NCBI GenBank assembly: GCA_041667545.1
Contig: JBAYES010000002.1
Span: forward strand, 5,035 to 69,034
Origin: Candidatus Omnitrophota bacterium
GTDB lineage: Bacteria; Omnitrophota; Gorgyraeia; Tantalellales; Tantalellaceae
DNA length: 64,000 nucleotides
Reading direction: 5' to 3'
The notes below the pieces were generated by a model that worked only from the letters and a program-made list of their open reading frames with translations, did not search any database and was not told the DNA's origin. Below, piece after piece: positions 26,775-38,265 of the stretch (its first letter is position 1; each line of letters starts with the position of its first letter). A program made the position numbers and the translations under genes.

Positions 26775-29700
26775 ATGCCGAAACGAAACGATATAAAAAG
26801 CATTCTGATAATAGGGGCGGGCCCGATAGTAATAAGTCAGGCCTGTGAATTTGATTACTCGGGCAGTCAGGCCTGCAAGGTCCTAAGGCAGGAAGGGTTC
26901 AGGGTAATACTTGTAAATTCTAACCCGGCCACTATAATGACCGATCCCGAAATGGCCGACAGGACCTATATTGAACCGGTGACCCCGGAAACCGTGGCTA
27001 AAGTAATAGAAAAAGAACGTCCTGACGCTTTACTGCCTACGCTTGGCGGGCAGACCGGGCTTAATACGGCAATGAAATTGTATGAAACGAAAGTGCTCGA
27101 AAAATTCAATGTTAAGATGATAGGGGCAGATTACGACGTTATAAAAAAAGCGGAAGACCGGGAGATTTTTAAAGAGGCCATGGTGAAGATAGGCCTGGAT
27201 GTGCCGCTGAGCCGTATAGCGCGCAGTATGTCTGAAGCCATGGCCGCGTCATCGGAAATGGGTTTTCCCGTTATCGTGAGGCCAAGCTTTACGCTTGGAG
27301 GGACAGGCGGAGGGATAGCCCGTAACGAAAAAGAGTTCAGGGATATAGTGTCGGTGGGACTTCGTAACAGTATGACAAGCGAGGTGCTTATAGAAGAATC
27401 CATCCTGGGCTGGAAGGAATATGAGCTCGAACTTATGCGCGATGAGAAAGATAATGTGGTAGTCGTATGTTCCATAGAGAATCTCGATCCCATGGGAGTT
27501 CATACGGGAGACAGCATAACGGTAGCCCCTCAGCAAACGCTTTCCGACAGAGAATACCAGAAAATGCGCACAGCAAGCATAGAAGTAATGAGGGAAATAG
27601 GGGTAAGGACGGGAGGGTCCAACGTGCAATTTGCCGTTGACCCCGCGAGCGGCAGAATGGTGGTAATAGAAATGAACCCGAGGGTTTCGCGTTCATCGGC
27701 ACTTGCCAGCAAAGCTACGGGATTCCCCATAGCGAAGTTTGCCGCCAAGCTCGCCGTGGGATATACGCTTGATGAAATATCCAACGATATAACAAGGACC
27801 ACCCCGGCTTGTTTTGAGCCTACGCTCGATTATTGCGTGGTGAAGATACCGAGGTTCACTTTCGAGAAATTTAAACTTGCCGATACAACTCTGGGGATCT
27901 CCATGAAATCTGTCGGTGAGACCATGGCCATAGGAAGGACATTCAAAGAAGCGCTTCAAAAAGGTTTGAGAGGCCTTGAAACGGGAAAAGCCGGGCTGGA
28001 CTGGTCGCCAAAAGATATGCCGCGGGGAGAGGACGATCTTGACAAATTCCTGGAGCGTCCCAATGCCGAGAGGATCTATCATTTGAAAGAAGCTTTTAAC
28101 AGAGGTTACACCGTTGAAAAGGTATTCGCGCTCTCGAAAATAGATCCGTGGTTTCTGAGGAATATAAGAGATATGGCCGTTTTTGAGAAAGAACTCCGCA
28201 ATTTTTTGAAACCCGGATCCCTTGAAGATATTACAAAAGGCGATGAGATATCTGAAATGGTCCGTGAAGCAAAAAGGCATGGGTTTAGCGATAAACAGCT
28301 CTCGATAATGGCGGGAGTTCAAGAAAATGTGTTCAGAGAGGCCCGTAAGGAAGCGGGCATAATTCCCGTTTATAAGCTTGTCGATACGTGTTCTGCGGAA
28401 TTCGAGTCCTATACTCCGTATTTTTATTCCTGTTACGATGATGAATGCGAGGCTCTGCGGTCGGATAGGAAAAAGATAATGATACTCGGAGGGGGGCCTA
28501 ACAGGATAGGGCAGGGAATAGAGTTCGATTACTGCTGCTGCCACGCTTCTTTCGCGCTTAAAGAAATGGGTTTTGAGACAATAATGGTGAACTCGAACCC
28601 CGAGACTGTATCAACCGATTACGATACGTCCGATAAACTGTATTTTGAGCCGCTTACATTTGAAGACGTAATGAACATAATAGACGCCGAAAGGCCCGAT
28701 GGGGTTATAGTTCAGTTCGGAGGGCAGACACCTTTGAACCTCGCCCAGAAACTTATGGACCATGGTGTCCCCATAATAGGCACTTCGGTTAAGTCTATCG
28801 CTCTCGCCGAAGACAGGGAAAAATTCAAGGCATTGCTGAATACACTGAAGCTTAAACAGCCGGCTAACGATACGGCGAATTCCCCGGAAGAAGCGGCCGG
28901 GAAGGCCGGGACTATCGGGTATCCGGTTGTGGTAAGGCCGTCTTATGTTCTTGGCGGAAGAGCCATGAGAATAGTTTATGATGAAGGCTCTCTTGAGGAA
29001 TTCATGCGGGAAGCCGTGGATGTTTCTCCGGGGCATCCGGTACTGCTCGATAAATTCCTCCAGAACGCCATAGAGGTGGATGTTGACGCTGTTTCAGACG
29101 GCAAAAAGGTTATTGTAGCCGGCATAATGGAACATATAGAAGAAGCCGGGATACATTCGGGGGATTCGGCCTGTGTGCTTCCGCCGCATACCATATCCGA
29201 TGAGGTGGTCGCGGAAATAAAACGGCAGACGGAGCTTTTGGCCACGGGCCTTGAGATCAAGGGCCTGATGAATGTCCAATTCGCCGTTCAGGGCCGGGAA
29301 GTATACATTCTTGAGGTTAACCCCAGGGCTTCACGAACCGTGCCTTTCGTTTCAAAGACCCTGGGCATTCCTCTCGCCAAAGTTGCGGCTAAAATAATGG
29401 CCGGAGCTTTCCTTGAAGACATTTCTGTCCCTGAAGATCCGATGAGAGGAGTAACGTATACAAGCGTAAAAGAATCGGTCCTGCCGTTCTCGAGATTTTC
29501 AGGCGTAGACATACTTTTGGGCCCCGAGATGATGTCTACGGGAGAGGTCATGGGTATATCGGAAGGTTTTGGTACTGCCTTCGCCAAGGCCCAGTCGGGA
29601 GCGGGCTGTATTCTTCCGGCCCGTGGAAAGGTCTTTATTTCAGTACAGGATGCCGATAAGAGAAATATAGTTTTTATAGCGAAGAAACTTAAAGACATGG

Positions 29701-30032
29701 GTTTTAAAATAGTAGCTACCAGCGGGACCGCAAAAATATTGAAAAATAACAATATAAGCGTTGAGGTCCTGCAAAAAATGCACGAAGGGTCTCCTAACGT
29801 GCTTGACGCGATCGAGAACGGAGATATAGCGCTTATAGTCAATACTACCTGCGGAAAGGAACCGCATAAAGACGGGGCGGTGATACGTTCCACCGCCGTG
29901 ACAAGGGGAATACCGTGCATTACTACTTTGGCGGGGGCGCAGGCTTCCATAAACGGAATGGAATCAATGATATCCGGAGAGGAAACAGTTAAGTCCATAC
30001 AGGAATATTATGAAACTATCTCGGGGAGATAA
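26775..30032 (+). CDS. carB: carbamoyl-phosphate synthase large subunit
   Basis: about 1085 aa; two ATP-grasp repeats, oligomerisation and MGS-like domains; '[21 protein letters not shown]' start. Confidence 0.9.
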   Translation: MPKRNDIKSILIIGAGPIVISQACEFDYSGSQACKVLRQEGFRVILVNSNPATIMTDPEMADRTYIEPVTPETVAKVIEKERPDALLPTLGGQTGLNTAMKLYETKVLEKFNVKMIGADYDVIKKAEDREIFKEAMVKIGLDVPLSRIARSMSEAMAASSEMGFPVIVRPSFTLGGTGGGIARNEKEFRDIVSVGLRNSMTSEVLIEESILGWKEYELELMRDEKDNVVVVCSIENLDPMGVHTGDSITVAPQQTLSDREYQKMRTASIEVMREIGVRTGGSNVQFAVDPASGRMVVIEMNPRVSRSSALASKATGFPIAKFAAKLAVGYTLDEISNDITRTTPACFEPTLDYCVVKIPRFTFEKFKLADTTLGISMKSVGETMAIGRTFKEALQKGLRGLETGKAGLDWSPKDMPRGEDDLDKFLERPNAERIYHLKEAFNRGYTVEKVFALSKIDPWFLRNIRDMAVFEKELRNFLKPGSLEDITKGDEISEMVREAKRHGFSDKQLSIMAGVQENVFREARKEAGIIPVYKLVDTCSAEFESYTPYFYSCYDDECEALRSDRKKIMILGGGPNRIGQGIEFDYCCCHASFALKEMGFETIMVNSNPETVSTDYDTSDKLYFEPLTFEDVMNIIDAERPDGVIVQFGGQTPLNLAQKLMDHGVPIIGTSVKSIALAEDREKFKALLNTLKLKQPANDTANSPEEAAGKAGTIGYPVVVRPSYVLGGRAMRIVYDEGSLEEFMREAVDVSPGHPVLLDKFLQNAIEVDVDAVSDGKKVIVAGIMEHIEEAGIHSGDSACVLPPHTISDEVVAEIKRQTELLATGLEIKGLMNVQFAVQGREVYILEVNPRASRTVPFVSKTLGIPLAKVAAKIMAGAFLEDISVPEDPMRGVTYTSVKESVLPFSRFSGVDILLGPEMMSTGEVMGISEGFGTAFAKAQSGAGCILPARGKVFISVQDADKRNIVFIAKKLKDMGFKIVATSGTAKILKNNNISVEVLQKMHEGSPNVLDAIENGDIALIVNTTCGKEPHKDGAVIRSTAVTRGIPCITTLAGAQASINGMESMISGEETVKSIQEYYETISGR

Positions 30033-31404
30033 AAAAGAATATTGCGGGATCTTCGGAATATCAGGACATGATATGGCCGTTGATCTTACTTATCTCGGCC
30101 TGTATTCCCTCCAGCACCGCGGGGAGGAGTCATGCGGTATAGCGGTTTCATCCGGGAGGAATATTAAGCAGATAACGGGGATGGGTCTGGTCCCGGAAGT
30201 TCTCGCCCCTAAGAAGCTGAAGGGGCTCAAGGGTCGTACAGCAATAGGGCATGTAAGATATTCAACTACAGGTTCGAGCATATTACGTAATGCCCAACCC
30301 TTTCTCATAAACCACAGCAAGTTCTCCGTATCCATCGCCCATAATGGGAACCTTACAAACGCTGAAAAATTGCGGCGCTGCATGGAAAAAGACGGGTCTA
30401 TTTTTCAAAGTACCATGGATTCAGAGATAATACTCCACCTCATGGTAAGATCCGAAAAAAAGACTTTCGAAGACAGGATCATTGATGCCATATCGCAATG
30501 CGAGGGGGCTTTCAGTTTACTTTTTCTTTGTGAAGGGAAGATCGTGGGGGTAAGGGACCCTTACGGATTCAGGCCGCTTTGTATAGGAAGGAAAGGTTCT
30601 TCATATGTGCTGGCCAGCGAAACATGTTCTTTGGACATTATTGACGCTGAATATTTAAGGGACGTAGAGCCGGGAGAAATAGTGGTGATAGACCCATCCG
30701 GGATAAAGAGCATAAAGCCTTTCGATAAAAAAAGACCCGCCCAATGCGTTTTCGAATTCATATATTTTTCAAGGCCCGACAGTATTATCTTTGGCGACAG
30801 TGTGTACAGGGTGAGAAAGGACCTGGGAAGGCAGCTGGCTCGTGAGTTTCCCGTTCCCGCTGATATGGTCATATCTATTCCGGATTCCGGGAATTACGCG
30901 GCTTTAGGTTATTCCGAAGAGAGCGGGCTGCCTTTTGAGTTCGGAATTGTCAGGAACCATTATATCGGGCGCACATTTATACAGCCGTCACCCGAGATGA
31001 GAAGGCATGGTGTTAAAATAAAGCTCAACCCGATAAGGTCTGTCCTTAAAGGAAAACGAGTTGTGGTAGTGGAAGATTCCATAGTAAGAGGAACGACTAC
31101 AAGCGGACGTGTGAAAGAGATACGTGAGGCGGGAGCCAGCGAGATACATATGCGCATAAGCTGCCCGCCCATAAAATACCCTTGTTTCTACGGCATAGAT
31201 TTTCCGTCGCGAAAAGAGCTCATAGCTAATGAGTTCGGGGACATCGACGAAATAGCCCGGGAAATAGGAGTAGACAGTCTAAAATATTTGAGCATGGAGG
31301 GGATGTTGTCGGCTATAGGGGACGATATCTTCTGCGCGGCTTGTTTTAACGGGGTTTATCCGTCAAAAATAAAAAAGAAAGCGATGAAACAGGCATTTGA
31401 GTGA
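30010..31404 (+). CDS. purF: amidophosphoribosyltransferase (glutamine PRPP amidotransferase) with 11-residue propeptide
   Basis: 464 aa; 'CGIFGI' N-terminal nucleophile Cys preceded by 11 aa '[11 protein letters not shown]' (same propeptide length as B. subtilis PurF); C-terminal PRTase motif. Confidence 0.85.
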   Translation: MKLSRGDKKEYCGIFGISGHDMAVDLTYLGLYSLQHRGEESCGIAVSSGRNIKQITGMGLVPEVLAPKKLKGLKGRTAIGHVRYSTTGSSILRNAQPFLINHSKFSVSIAHNGNLTNAEKLRRCMEKDGSIFQSTMDSEIILHLMVRSEKKTFEDRIIDAISQCEGAFSLLFLCEGKIVGVRDPYGFRPLCIGRKGSSYVLASETCSLDIIDAEYLRDVEPGEIVVIDPSGIKSIKPFDKKRPAQCVFEFIYFSRPDSIIFGDSVYRVRKDLGRQLAREFPVPADMVISIPDSGNYAALGYSEESGLPFEFGIVRNHYIGRTFIQPSPEMRRHGVKIKLNPIRSVLKGKRVVVVEDSIVRGTTTSGRVKEIREAGASEIHMRISCPPIKYPCFYGIDFPSRKELIANEFGDIDEIAREIGVDSLKYLSMEGMLSAIGDDIFCAACFNGVYPSKIKKKAMKQAFE

Positions 31405-31428
31405 GATCTCATCGCGCGGAAGGTGAAA

Positions 31429-33033
31429 ATGGCAAAGTACATATACGTTACGGGAGGGGTTGTATCAAGCCTGGGAAAGGGTATAGCGTCGGCCTCCATA
31501 GGAAAGATATTGGAATGGGCGGGGTACAGCGTTTCAATAGTTAAATGCGATCCGTATATAAACGTGGATCCCGGGACCATGAACCCATATCAGCATGGGG
31601 AGGTCTATGTAACTGATGACGGCGCAGAGACCGATCTTGATCTAGGGCATTATTATCGCTACACGCGTTCGCTCCTTTCTAAAATAAACAATGTGACCAC
31701 GGGTAAGGTGTATCAAAACGTCATAAACAAAGAGCGACGGGGAGATTTTTTAGGGGATACGGTCCAGGTCATACCGCATATTACCAATGAGATAAAATCT
31801 CAGATACGCCAAGTTGAGAGGGAACACAAGTCGGATATTATCCTTGTTGAGATCGGAGGGACCGCGGGAGATATCGAAAGCCTTCCTTTTCTGGAAGCCA
31901 TAAGGCAGATGAAGAACGAGCTCCCATCGGATGGTTCGGTGAATATACACCTCACGCTTCTGCCCTTTATAAGATCCGCCGGAGAGGTAAAAACCAAGCC
32001 CACACAGCATTCCGTAGGAAAGTTGAGAGAAATAGGAATACAACCCGAGATACTAATGGTCAGGACTGAAAAACCGCTTGATAGGTCTTCACGATCGAAA
32101 ATATCCCTTTTCTGTAACGTCAGAGAGAGATGTGTTATAGAGGCAAGGGATGTCGATGATATATACGAGATACCGCTGAAATTCAAAGAAAGCGGTCTTG
32201 ACGGCATAATAATGAAGTTCCTGAACATCAAGAAAAAAAGGTCTTATAGTGATCCAAAATGGCGCAAAATTGTAAGCGTCTCGAAACAGGTAAAGAAAAA
32301 GGTAAAGATCGGCATAGTCGGAAAATACATAACTTTGCAGGACGCGTATAAGTCCATAGACGAGTCCCTCAGGCATGCCGCTATAGCGAACGGTTTAAAG
32401 CTTGATCTTGTAAAGATAGAATCGGATGACCTTGATAAAGCGGGCAATAGCCGCTTGAAAAAGATATTTTCCGGAGTTTCCGGAATACTTGTTCCGGGTG
32501 GTTTTGGAACGAGGGGAATAGAGGGTAAAATGGCCGCGGTGAGATACGCCAGGGAGAATGCCGTGCCGTATTTTGGTATATGTCTCGGAATGCAGGTAGC
32601 CGTAATAGAATTCGCCAGGAACGTATGCGGACTTAAAGGAGCGTACTCTACCGAGTTTGACGATAAAACTCCTTATCCTGTGATCTCTCTTCTTTCGGAG
32701 CAGAAAGATGTTGAGGATATGGGAGGAACAATGAGGCTGGGAGCGTACAGATGCGATCTTGCCGGAGGAAGCCGGGCGAGAAGGGCGTATAAGTCCGGCT
32801 TTGTCATGGAAAGACATAGGCATCGTTATGAGTTTAACGGAAAGTACAAAGAAATTTTCAAAGATAAAGGTATGCGATTTAGCGGGATACACCCTAAGGG
32901 TAAACTTGTAGAGATAGTTGAAATTGAGGAGCACCCCTGGTTCGTAGCCGTACAATTTCACCCCGAGTTCAGATCCCGCCCCGATGAACCACATCCCTTA
33001 TTCAGGGACTTTATCGCCGCCGCGGGAAAATGA
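31429..33033 (+). CDS. pyrG: CTP synthase
   Basis: 534 aa; 'KYIFVTGGVVSSLGKGI' start; C-terminal GATase 'GICLGMQ'. Confidence 0.9.
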   Translation: MAKYIYVTGGVVSSLGKGIASASIGKILEWAGYSVSIVKCDPYINVDPGTMNPYQHGEVYVTDDGAETDLDLGHYYRYTRSLLSKINNVTTGKVYQNVINKERRGDFLGDTVQVIPHITNEIKSQIRQVEREHKSDIILVEIGGTAGDIESLPFLEAIRQMKNELPSDGSVNIHLTLLPFIRSAGEVKTKPTQHSVGKLREIGIQPEILMVRTEKPLDRSSRSKISLFCNVRERCVIEARDVDDIYEIPLKFKESGLDGIIMKFLNIKKKRSYSDPKWRKIVSVSKQVKKKVKIGIVGKYITLQDAYKSIDESLRHAAIANGLKLDLVKIESDDLDKAGNSRLKKIFSGVSGILVPGGFGTRGIEGKMAAVRYARENAVPYFGICLGMQVAVIEFARNVCGLKGAYSTEFDDKTPYPVISLLSEQKDVEDMGGTMRLGAYRCDLAGGSRARRAYKSGFVMERHRHRYEFNGKYKEIFKDKGMRFSGIHPKGKLVEIVEIEEHPWFVAVQFHPEFRSRPDEPHPLFRDFIAAAGK

Positions 33034-33133
33034 CATTAAAGTAGACCCGAGCATGTTGCTAAAATTTTCATTGACAGAATGTGCTCGAGGGTGTTAAAAT
33101 TATTTAGACAAAGAAGTTGATCGAAGGCTATGA

Positions 33134-33167
33134 GGCCCCCGGATTTGTAGAAGGGGGCTTTTATTTT
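33134..33167 (+). terminator. rho-independent terminator after pyrG
   Basis: GCCCCC-ggatttgtagaa-GGGGGC followed by TTTTATTTT. Confidence 0.6.
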
Positions 33168-33330
33168 GTGGCCGATCTATAACAGGCAAAGATGCCCTTT
33201 CAGGATCGAAAGATTTCTGTGAGGGCGTTTTTTTTGAGATAAGATGCACATTTTGGAGGCAAAAACTGCACAAGCAGGGGTTATTGTTCGATAAGATACC
33301 AGATATAGTGAACCCCTCCGGAGAGTTGTA

Positions 33331-33543
33331 ATGGAAAAACTGGACAGGATGCTCCTTACTATCGGGAGAGGCAAAGTGTATAATAGGATAATTGCTGAAA
33401 CAGAAAAAGAACTTATAGAGGCAGCTCTGATGAAGGCATTCGGGAACCAGTCAATAGCATCAAAAATACTCGGGATTAACAGGAATACCATGAGGGCAAA
33501 GATAAGGAAACTAAATATAGATCCCGCGAACTTCAGGATATAG
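33331..33543 (+). CDS. small Fis-type helix-turn-helix DNA-binding protein
   Basis: 70 aa; C-terminal 'NQSIASKILGINRNTMRAKIRKL' matches Fis/NtrC-C-terminal HTH; sits directly upstream of the tandem-repeat element and gltB. Confidence 0.5.
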   Translation: MEKLDRMLLTIGRGKVYNRIIAETEKELIEAALMKAFGNQSIASKILGINRNTMRAKIRKLNIDPANFRI

Positions 33544-33550
33544 GGATCCA

Positions 33551-33725
33551 GGGACGGTTCTCATTTTGAACCTACACCTGTCCCTATGTTTTGGGGGACA
33601 GGTGTAGGTTCAAGGAAAGGACAGGTGTAGGTTCAAGGAAAGGACAGGTGTAGGTTCAAGTTGGGGACAGGTGTAGGTTCAAATCGAGGGACGGGTGTAG
33701 GATTAGATTCAGAACCGTCCCTGAA
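33551..33725 (+). repeat. tandem direct-repeat array (5 x about 23 bp GGACAGGTGTAGGTTCAAGGAAA-like) with terminal conserved hairpin, bounded by inverted repeat GGGACGGTTC...GAACCGTCCC; copy 2
   Basis: seen directly; left arm AACCTACACCTGTCCC (33569-84) is exact reverse complement of the repeat-unit core; final unit GGGACGGGTGTAGGATTAGATTCAGAACCGTCCCTGAA about 90% identical to 4905-4944; ends 10 nt before gltB ATG. Confidence 0.8.
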
Positions 33726-33735
33726 CCGGAGTGAT

Positions 33736-36700
33736 ATGAGAGGACATTTTCCTGAAAAACAAGGTTTGTATGATCCGGCTTTTGAGAAAGATAGCTGCGG
33801 GGTGGGGTTTGTCTGCGATATGAAGGGCAGAAAGTCCCATGATGTTATCAGTAAGGGGCTGGAAGTGCTTGAAAGGATGGGCCACAGGGGCGCGGTAGGG
33901 GCCGACCCGAGAACCGGTGACGGCGCCGGCATTCTTATTCAAATACCACACGGGTTTTTTGTAAAGAGGTTACGGGAGCAAGGACTGTCTCTCCCCGACC
34001 CCGGAGAATATGGCGCGGGGCTTATTTTTATGCCGCGGGATCCGGATTGCAGAAAAAGATGTGAGACCATTCTGCAGGACGAGATACTTAGGGAAGGGCA
34101 GATCTTTCTTGGGTGGAGAGATGTTCCCGTGGATGAATCCATGATAGGGGAAGTTGCGAAGAGCAAGCAGCCGGTAATTAAACAGATCTTTATAGGCAGG
34201 GGAGGATCTTGCCGCGACCAGGGATCTTTTGAACGTAAACTTTATGTCATAAGGAAAGTGGCGGAAAAAAAGGTGAGTTCTTCCGACATCCCCGGAAAAG
34301 ATTTCTTCTATATAACGGATCTTTCCTCGAAAAAGATAACTTATAAAGGGCTGCTCATGCCGGAACAAGTTCCGGAATATTTTCCGGATCTTAAGGATGA
34401 GGACACGGTAAGCGCTCTTGCTCTTGTACATTCCAGGTATAGTACCAACACTTTTCCCACCTGGGATCTTGCCCAGCCATTCAGGTATCTTGCCCATAAC
34501 GGGGAGATAAATACACTTAGAGGTAACATAAACTGGTTTCGTTCGGGAGAGAGGCTTCTGGCTTCTTCCCTTTTTGGGAACGATATCGCCAAAATAAAAC
34601 CTGTAATAGTAGAAGGCGGAAGCGATTCGGCATCCATAGATAATGTGCTGGAACTCCTGGTGCTGGGGGGAAGGTCTTTGCCGCATGCTTTGATGATGCT
34701 TGTTCCGGAAGCGTGGGAACATAATGCCGGGATGAAAAAAGAGATCCGGGATTTTTATGCCTATCACGCTTGTATTATGGAGCCATGGGATGGACCGGCG
34801 GCCATAGCCTTTACAGACGGGACAGATATCGGCGCTCTTCTCGACAGGAACGGTCTAAGGCCCGCCAGATATCTTATAACCCGAGATGATCTTGTTGTGA
34901 TGTCTTCAGAAGTGGGAGTTCTTGACCTGGATCCTGCCGAAATAAAATATTCGAGCAGGCTTGAGCCCGGAAAGATATTGTTCATAGATACTGCCAGGCA
35001 AAGGGTAGTTAGCGATGATGAGATAAAAAATGAGCTTTCCGCGAAGAAACCTTATGGCGAATGGCTGAATGAAAACCTTGTGGGATTAGAGGATCTGCCT
35101 TCGGCCGTGGTCACGTCAAAGAGAACATCTGATGTTTTTAAAATGCTCAGATGTTTCGGATATTCCAGGGAAGATCTTAATGCTATCCTCAAGCCCATGG
35201 CCGAGGAGGGCAAGGAACCTGTGGGGTCGATGGGGAATGATTCTCCGCATGCTTTTCTTTCAAAAAGGCCGCAGCTTGTTTTCGATCATTTCAAACAACT
35301 TTTCGCGCAGGTGACCAACCCGGCCATAGATCCCATAAGAGAAGACATTGTCATGAGTATGGAAACATTTGCCGGAACAGGAAGTAATATCCTGACGGAA
35401 AGTCCGGATCATTGCCGTAAGCTGAGTATCCCGGACCCCATATTGACCAATAGCGGCCTTGACAAAATAAAATATGTTAACACCGAAGGGTTTAAGACTA
35501 AGACCGTTCATATGTTCTTTGACCCCGTGCGTGAAGGTGATTTTGTAAAAGCTCTGGAGCGAATATGTTATGAGGGAGCTTATGCCGTTGAGGAGGGATA
35601 TAACTTTCTTGTGCTGAGCGACAGGGGCGTAAACTCGGAGAAAGCCGTGCTGCCTTCTCTTCTTGCGTTAAGCGCTCTTCACCAGCATCTTGTCTCAATG
35701 TCCATACGTACACAGATAAGCATAATTGTGGAAAGCGCCGAACCCAGAGAAGTAAATCACTTTGCTCTTCTTCTGGCTTATGGAGCTGACGCGATCAATC
35801 CCTATCTTGCTTATGAAGCCATAGAAGAAATGACCCGGAGCGGTAAGTTATCTTGCGGTAAGGAGAAAGCGGTAGAGAATTATCGTAAGGCGGTGGGGGG
35901 AGGTATACTAAAAATACTTTCAAAGATGGGAATATCTACTCTGCGCAGTTACAAGGGCGCGCAGATATTCGAGGCATTAGGGCTCGGGAAAGAGTTGGTG
36001 GATGCCTATTTCACAAATACCGTATCCCGTATAGGGGGAGTAGGCCTGGAGGGAATAAGAAAAGACGCGGTCTTACGGCACGAAGCCGCTTTTTCCGGGT
36101 TTGCGGACGGAGGCTACACGGCTTTAGATACCGGAGGGATATATCAGTGGAAACGCGACGGTGAGTTCCATTTGTGGAATCCCGAAAGCATAGCTCTTTT
36201 GCAGGATTCCGTAAGAAAAGGCAGCTACGATGTATACAAAAAATTTGCCGCTCTCATAGACGATCAGTCTGAAAATCCCACAACTATAAGAAGTCTTTTC
36301 AGTTTTGTGGAAAGAAGATCGATACCCATAGAAGAAGTGGAGCCTGTGGAAAATATACTCAGAAGATTTGCCACAGGAGCCATGAGTTACGGATCCATAA
36401 GCCGGAACGCCCATGAGACCATAGCTATCGCCATGAACCGCATAAAGGGGAAGTCAAATACAGGAGAAGGGGGAGAGGATCCCGCGAGGTTCGTTCCTCT
36501 TCCTAACGGGGATTCCCGGAAAAGCGCGATAAAACAGGTTGCCTCCGGAAGGTTCGGAGTTACGGCTAATTATCTGATAAACGCCGACGAGATACAGATA
36601 AAAATATCGCAGGGAGCGAAGCCGGGAGAGGGAGGCCAGCTTCCCGGGCATAAAGTAAGCGCTATTATAGCGAGAACAAGGTATACCACGCAGGGAGTTA

Positions 36701-38265
36701 CGCTTATTTCGCCGCCCCCTCATCACGACATCTATTCCATCGAAGATCTCGCCCAGCTCATATTCGATCTTAAAAGCGTTAATCCAAAGGCCAGGGTGAG
36801 TGTAAAACTTGTTTCAGAAGTGGGAGTGGGGACCATAGCGGCAGGCGTGGCAAAAGGGCACGCGGATATGATACTTATATCGGGCGCCGATGGGGGAACG
36901 GGCGCTTCGCCGCGTACATCAATACGTCATGCCGGCCTCCCGTGGGAACTTGGCCTTTCCGAAACTCACCAGACCCTTGCGCTTAATAATTTAAGGGACA
37001 GGGTGAAACTTCAGACAGACGGCCAGATGAGAACCGGCAGGGACGTGGCCTTGGCCGCCATTCTTGGAGCGGAAGAATTCGGGTTCTGCACGGCGGTTCT
37101 TATAACACTTGGCTGTGTGATGCTTAGGCATTGCCATCTCAACAACTGTTCTGTGGGTGTGGCCACGCAGGATGAACTTTTGGAAAAAAGGTTCACGGGC
37201 AGGCCGGAATATGTGGTTAATTATATGAATTTTGTAGCAATGCATCTAAGGGAAATAATGGCGTCTCTGGGGGTCAGGAAACTGGACGACATGGTGGGAA
37301 TGACGGACCTTATCGGGATAAATAAAGGGATCCTGCCGGAAAAAGCGGAAAATACCGATCTTTCCGGAATACTTTACCGCCCTGATGTGACTGTGGACTT
37401 TTCAGGCTCCCGCAAAACAGAAGTTGAGAATGATAACAGAAACAGGCTGGATCAAGAGATCATCAGGGTTTCGGAAGACGCGATAGATAGAGGCACTCCC
37501 GTGTCCGCGCAGTATCACATACGTAATTATGACAGGGCGGTCGGAGCGCGTTTAAGCGGCCGGGTGTGCGCGGATAGGGGAGAGCAAGGGTTGTCCGAAG
37601 ATACTATAAAGTGCCGTTTTGACGGATTCGCCGGACAGAGTTTCGGGGCTTTTCTGGCGAGAGGGATAACTTTCGAGCTTGCGGGCATGGCAAACGATTA
37701 TGTGGGTAAGAGCCTTTCCGGAGGGAAGATCATCATCTTTCCCGGCAAGGGCGCGACATATGTTCCGGAAGATAATGTGATAATCGGGAACACCTGTTTT
37801 TACGGGGCTGTGGCGGGAGAGGCGTATATAAGAGGCAGGGCCGGAGAAAGATTCTGCGTGAGGAATTCAGGGCTTTACGCGGTTGTTGAGGGAGTGGGAG
37901 ACCATGGCTGCGAGTACATGACGGGAGGAAGAGTAGTTGTTCTTGGAAAGACCGGAAGGAATTTCGCGGCCGGGATGTCCGGAGGGATAGCCTACATATA
38001 CGATAAAGATCACGATTTTTCCGAAAAATGCAACAGAAGCATGGTAGAGATAGAGACCCTTACCGATGAAGACAGGAACCTCGTATCCGAACTTGTGGGA
38101 AATCATCATCGAAACACGCTTAGCAAAGTCGCCGAAAGAATACTTGAGAATTTTAGTGAAGAGATAACAAGATTCATCAAAGTTATGCCCATAGAATATA
38201 AGAGAGTTCTGGGAGCCAAAGAGATGGAAGAAAAAATGGGTCTCGGGGAGGTGTCGGATGGGTGA
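33736..38265 (+). CDS. gltB: glutamate synthase large subunit
   Basis: about 1509 aa; N-terminal amidotransferase 'CGVGFV' nucleophile, FMN/3Fe-4S central domains, C-terminal GXXG repeats. Confidence 0.9.
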   Translation: MRGHFPEKQGLYDPAFEKDSCGVGFVCDMKGRKSHDVISKGLEVLERMGHRGAVGADPRTGDGAGILIQIPHGFFVKRLREQGLSLPDPGEYGAGLIFMPRDPDCRKRCETILQDEILREGQIFLGWRDVPVDESMIGEVAKSKQPVIKQIFIGRGGSCRDQGSFERKLYVIRKVAEKKVSSSDIPGKDFFYITDLSSKKITYKGLLMPEQVPEYFPDLKDEDTVSALALVHSRYSTNTFPTWDLAQPFRYLAHNGEINTLRGNINWFRSGERLLASSLFGNDIAKIKPVIVEGGSDSASIDNVLELLVLGGRSLPHALMMLVPEAWEHNAGMKKEIRDFYAYHACIMEPWDGPAAIAFTDGTDIGALLDRNGLRPARYLITRDDLVVMSSEVGVLDLDPAEIKYSSRLEPGKILFIDTARQRVVSDDEIKNELSAKKPYGEWLNENLVGLEDLPSAVVTSKRTSDVFKMLRCFGYSREDLNAILKPMAEEGKEPVGSMGNDSPHAFLSKRPQLVFDHFKQLFAQVTNPAIDPIREDIVMSMETFAGTGSNILTESPDHCRKLSIPDPILTNSGLDKIKYVNTEGFKTKTVHMFFDPVREGDFVKALERICYEGAYAVEEGYNFLVLSDRGVNSEKAVLPSLLALSALHQHLVSMSIRTQISIIVESAEPREVNHFALLLAYGADAINPYLAYEAIEEMTRSGKLSCGKEKAVENYRKAVGGGILKILSKMGISTLRSYKGAQIFEALGLGKELVDAYFTNTVSRIGGVGLEGIRKDAVLRHEAAFSGFADGGYTALDTGGIYQWKRDGEFHLWNPESIALLQDSVRKGSYDVYKKFAALIDDQSENPTTIRSLFSFVERRSIPIEEVEPVENILRRFATGAMSYGSISRNAHETIAIAMNRIKGKSNTGEGGEDPARFVPLPNGDSRKSAIKQVASGRFGVTANYLINADEIQIKISQGAKPGEGGQLPGHKVSAIIARTRYTTQGVTLISPPPHHDIYSIEDLAQLIFDLKSVNPKARVSVKLVSEVGVGTIAAGVAKGHADMILISGADGGTGASPRTSIRHAGLPWELGLSETHQTLALNNLRDRVKLQTDGQMRTGRDVALAAILGAEEFGFCTAVLITLGCVMLRHCHLNNCSVGVATQDELLEKRFTGRPEYVVNYMNFVAMHLREIMASLGVRKLDDMVGMTDLIGINKGILPEKAENTDLSGILYRPDVTVDFSGSRKTEVENDNRNRLDQEIIRVSEDAIDRGTPVSAQYHIRNYDRAVGARLSGRVCADRGEQGLSEDTIKCRFDGFAGQSFGAFLARGITFELAGMANDYVGKSLSGGKIIIFPGKGATYVPEDNVIIGNTCFYGAVAGEAYIRGRAGERFCVRNSGLYAVVEGVGDHGCEYMTGGRVVVLGKTGRNFAAGMSGGIAYIYDKDHDFSEKCNRSMVEIETLTDEDRNLVSELVGNHHRNTLSKVAERILENFSEEITRFIKVMPIEYKRVLGAKEMEEKMGLGEVSDG

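Noticed and set aside
30010-30045. Possible mis-annotated purF start (should begin MCGI...)
   Set aside because: The 11-residue extension before the catalytic Cys matches the length of the known PurF propeptide in Bacillus-type enzymes, so the upstream ATG at 30010 is retained.
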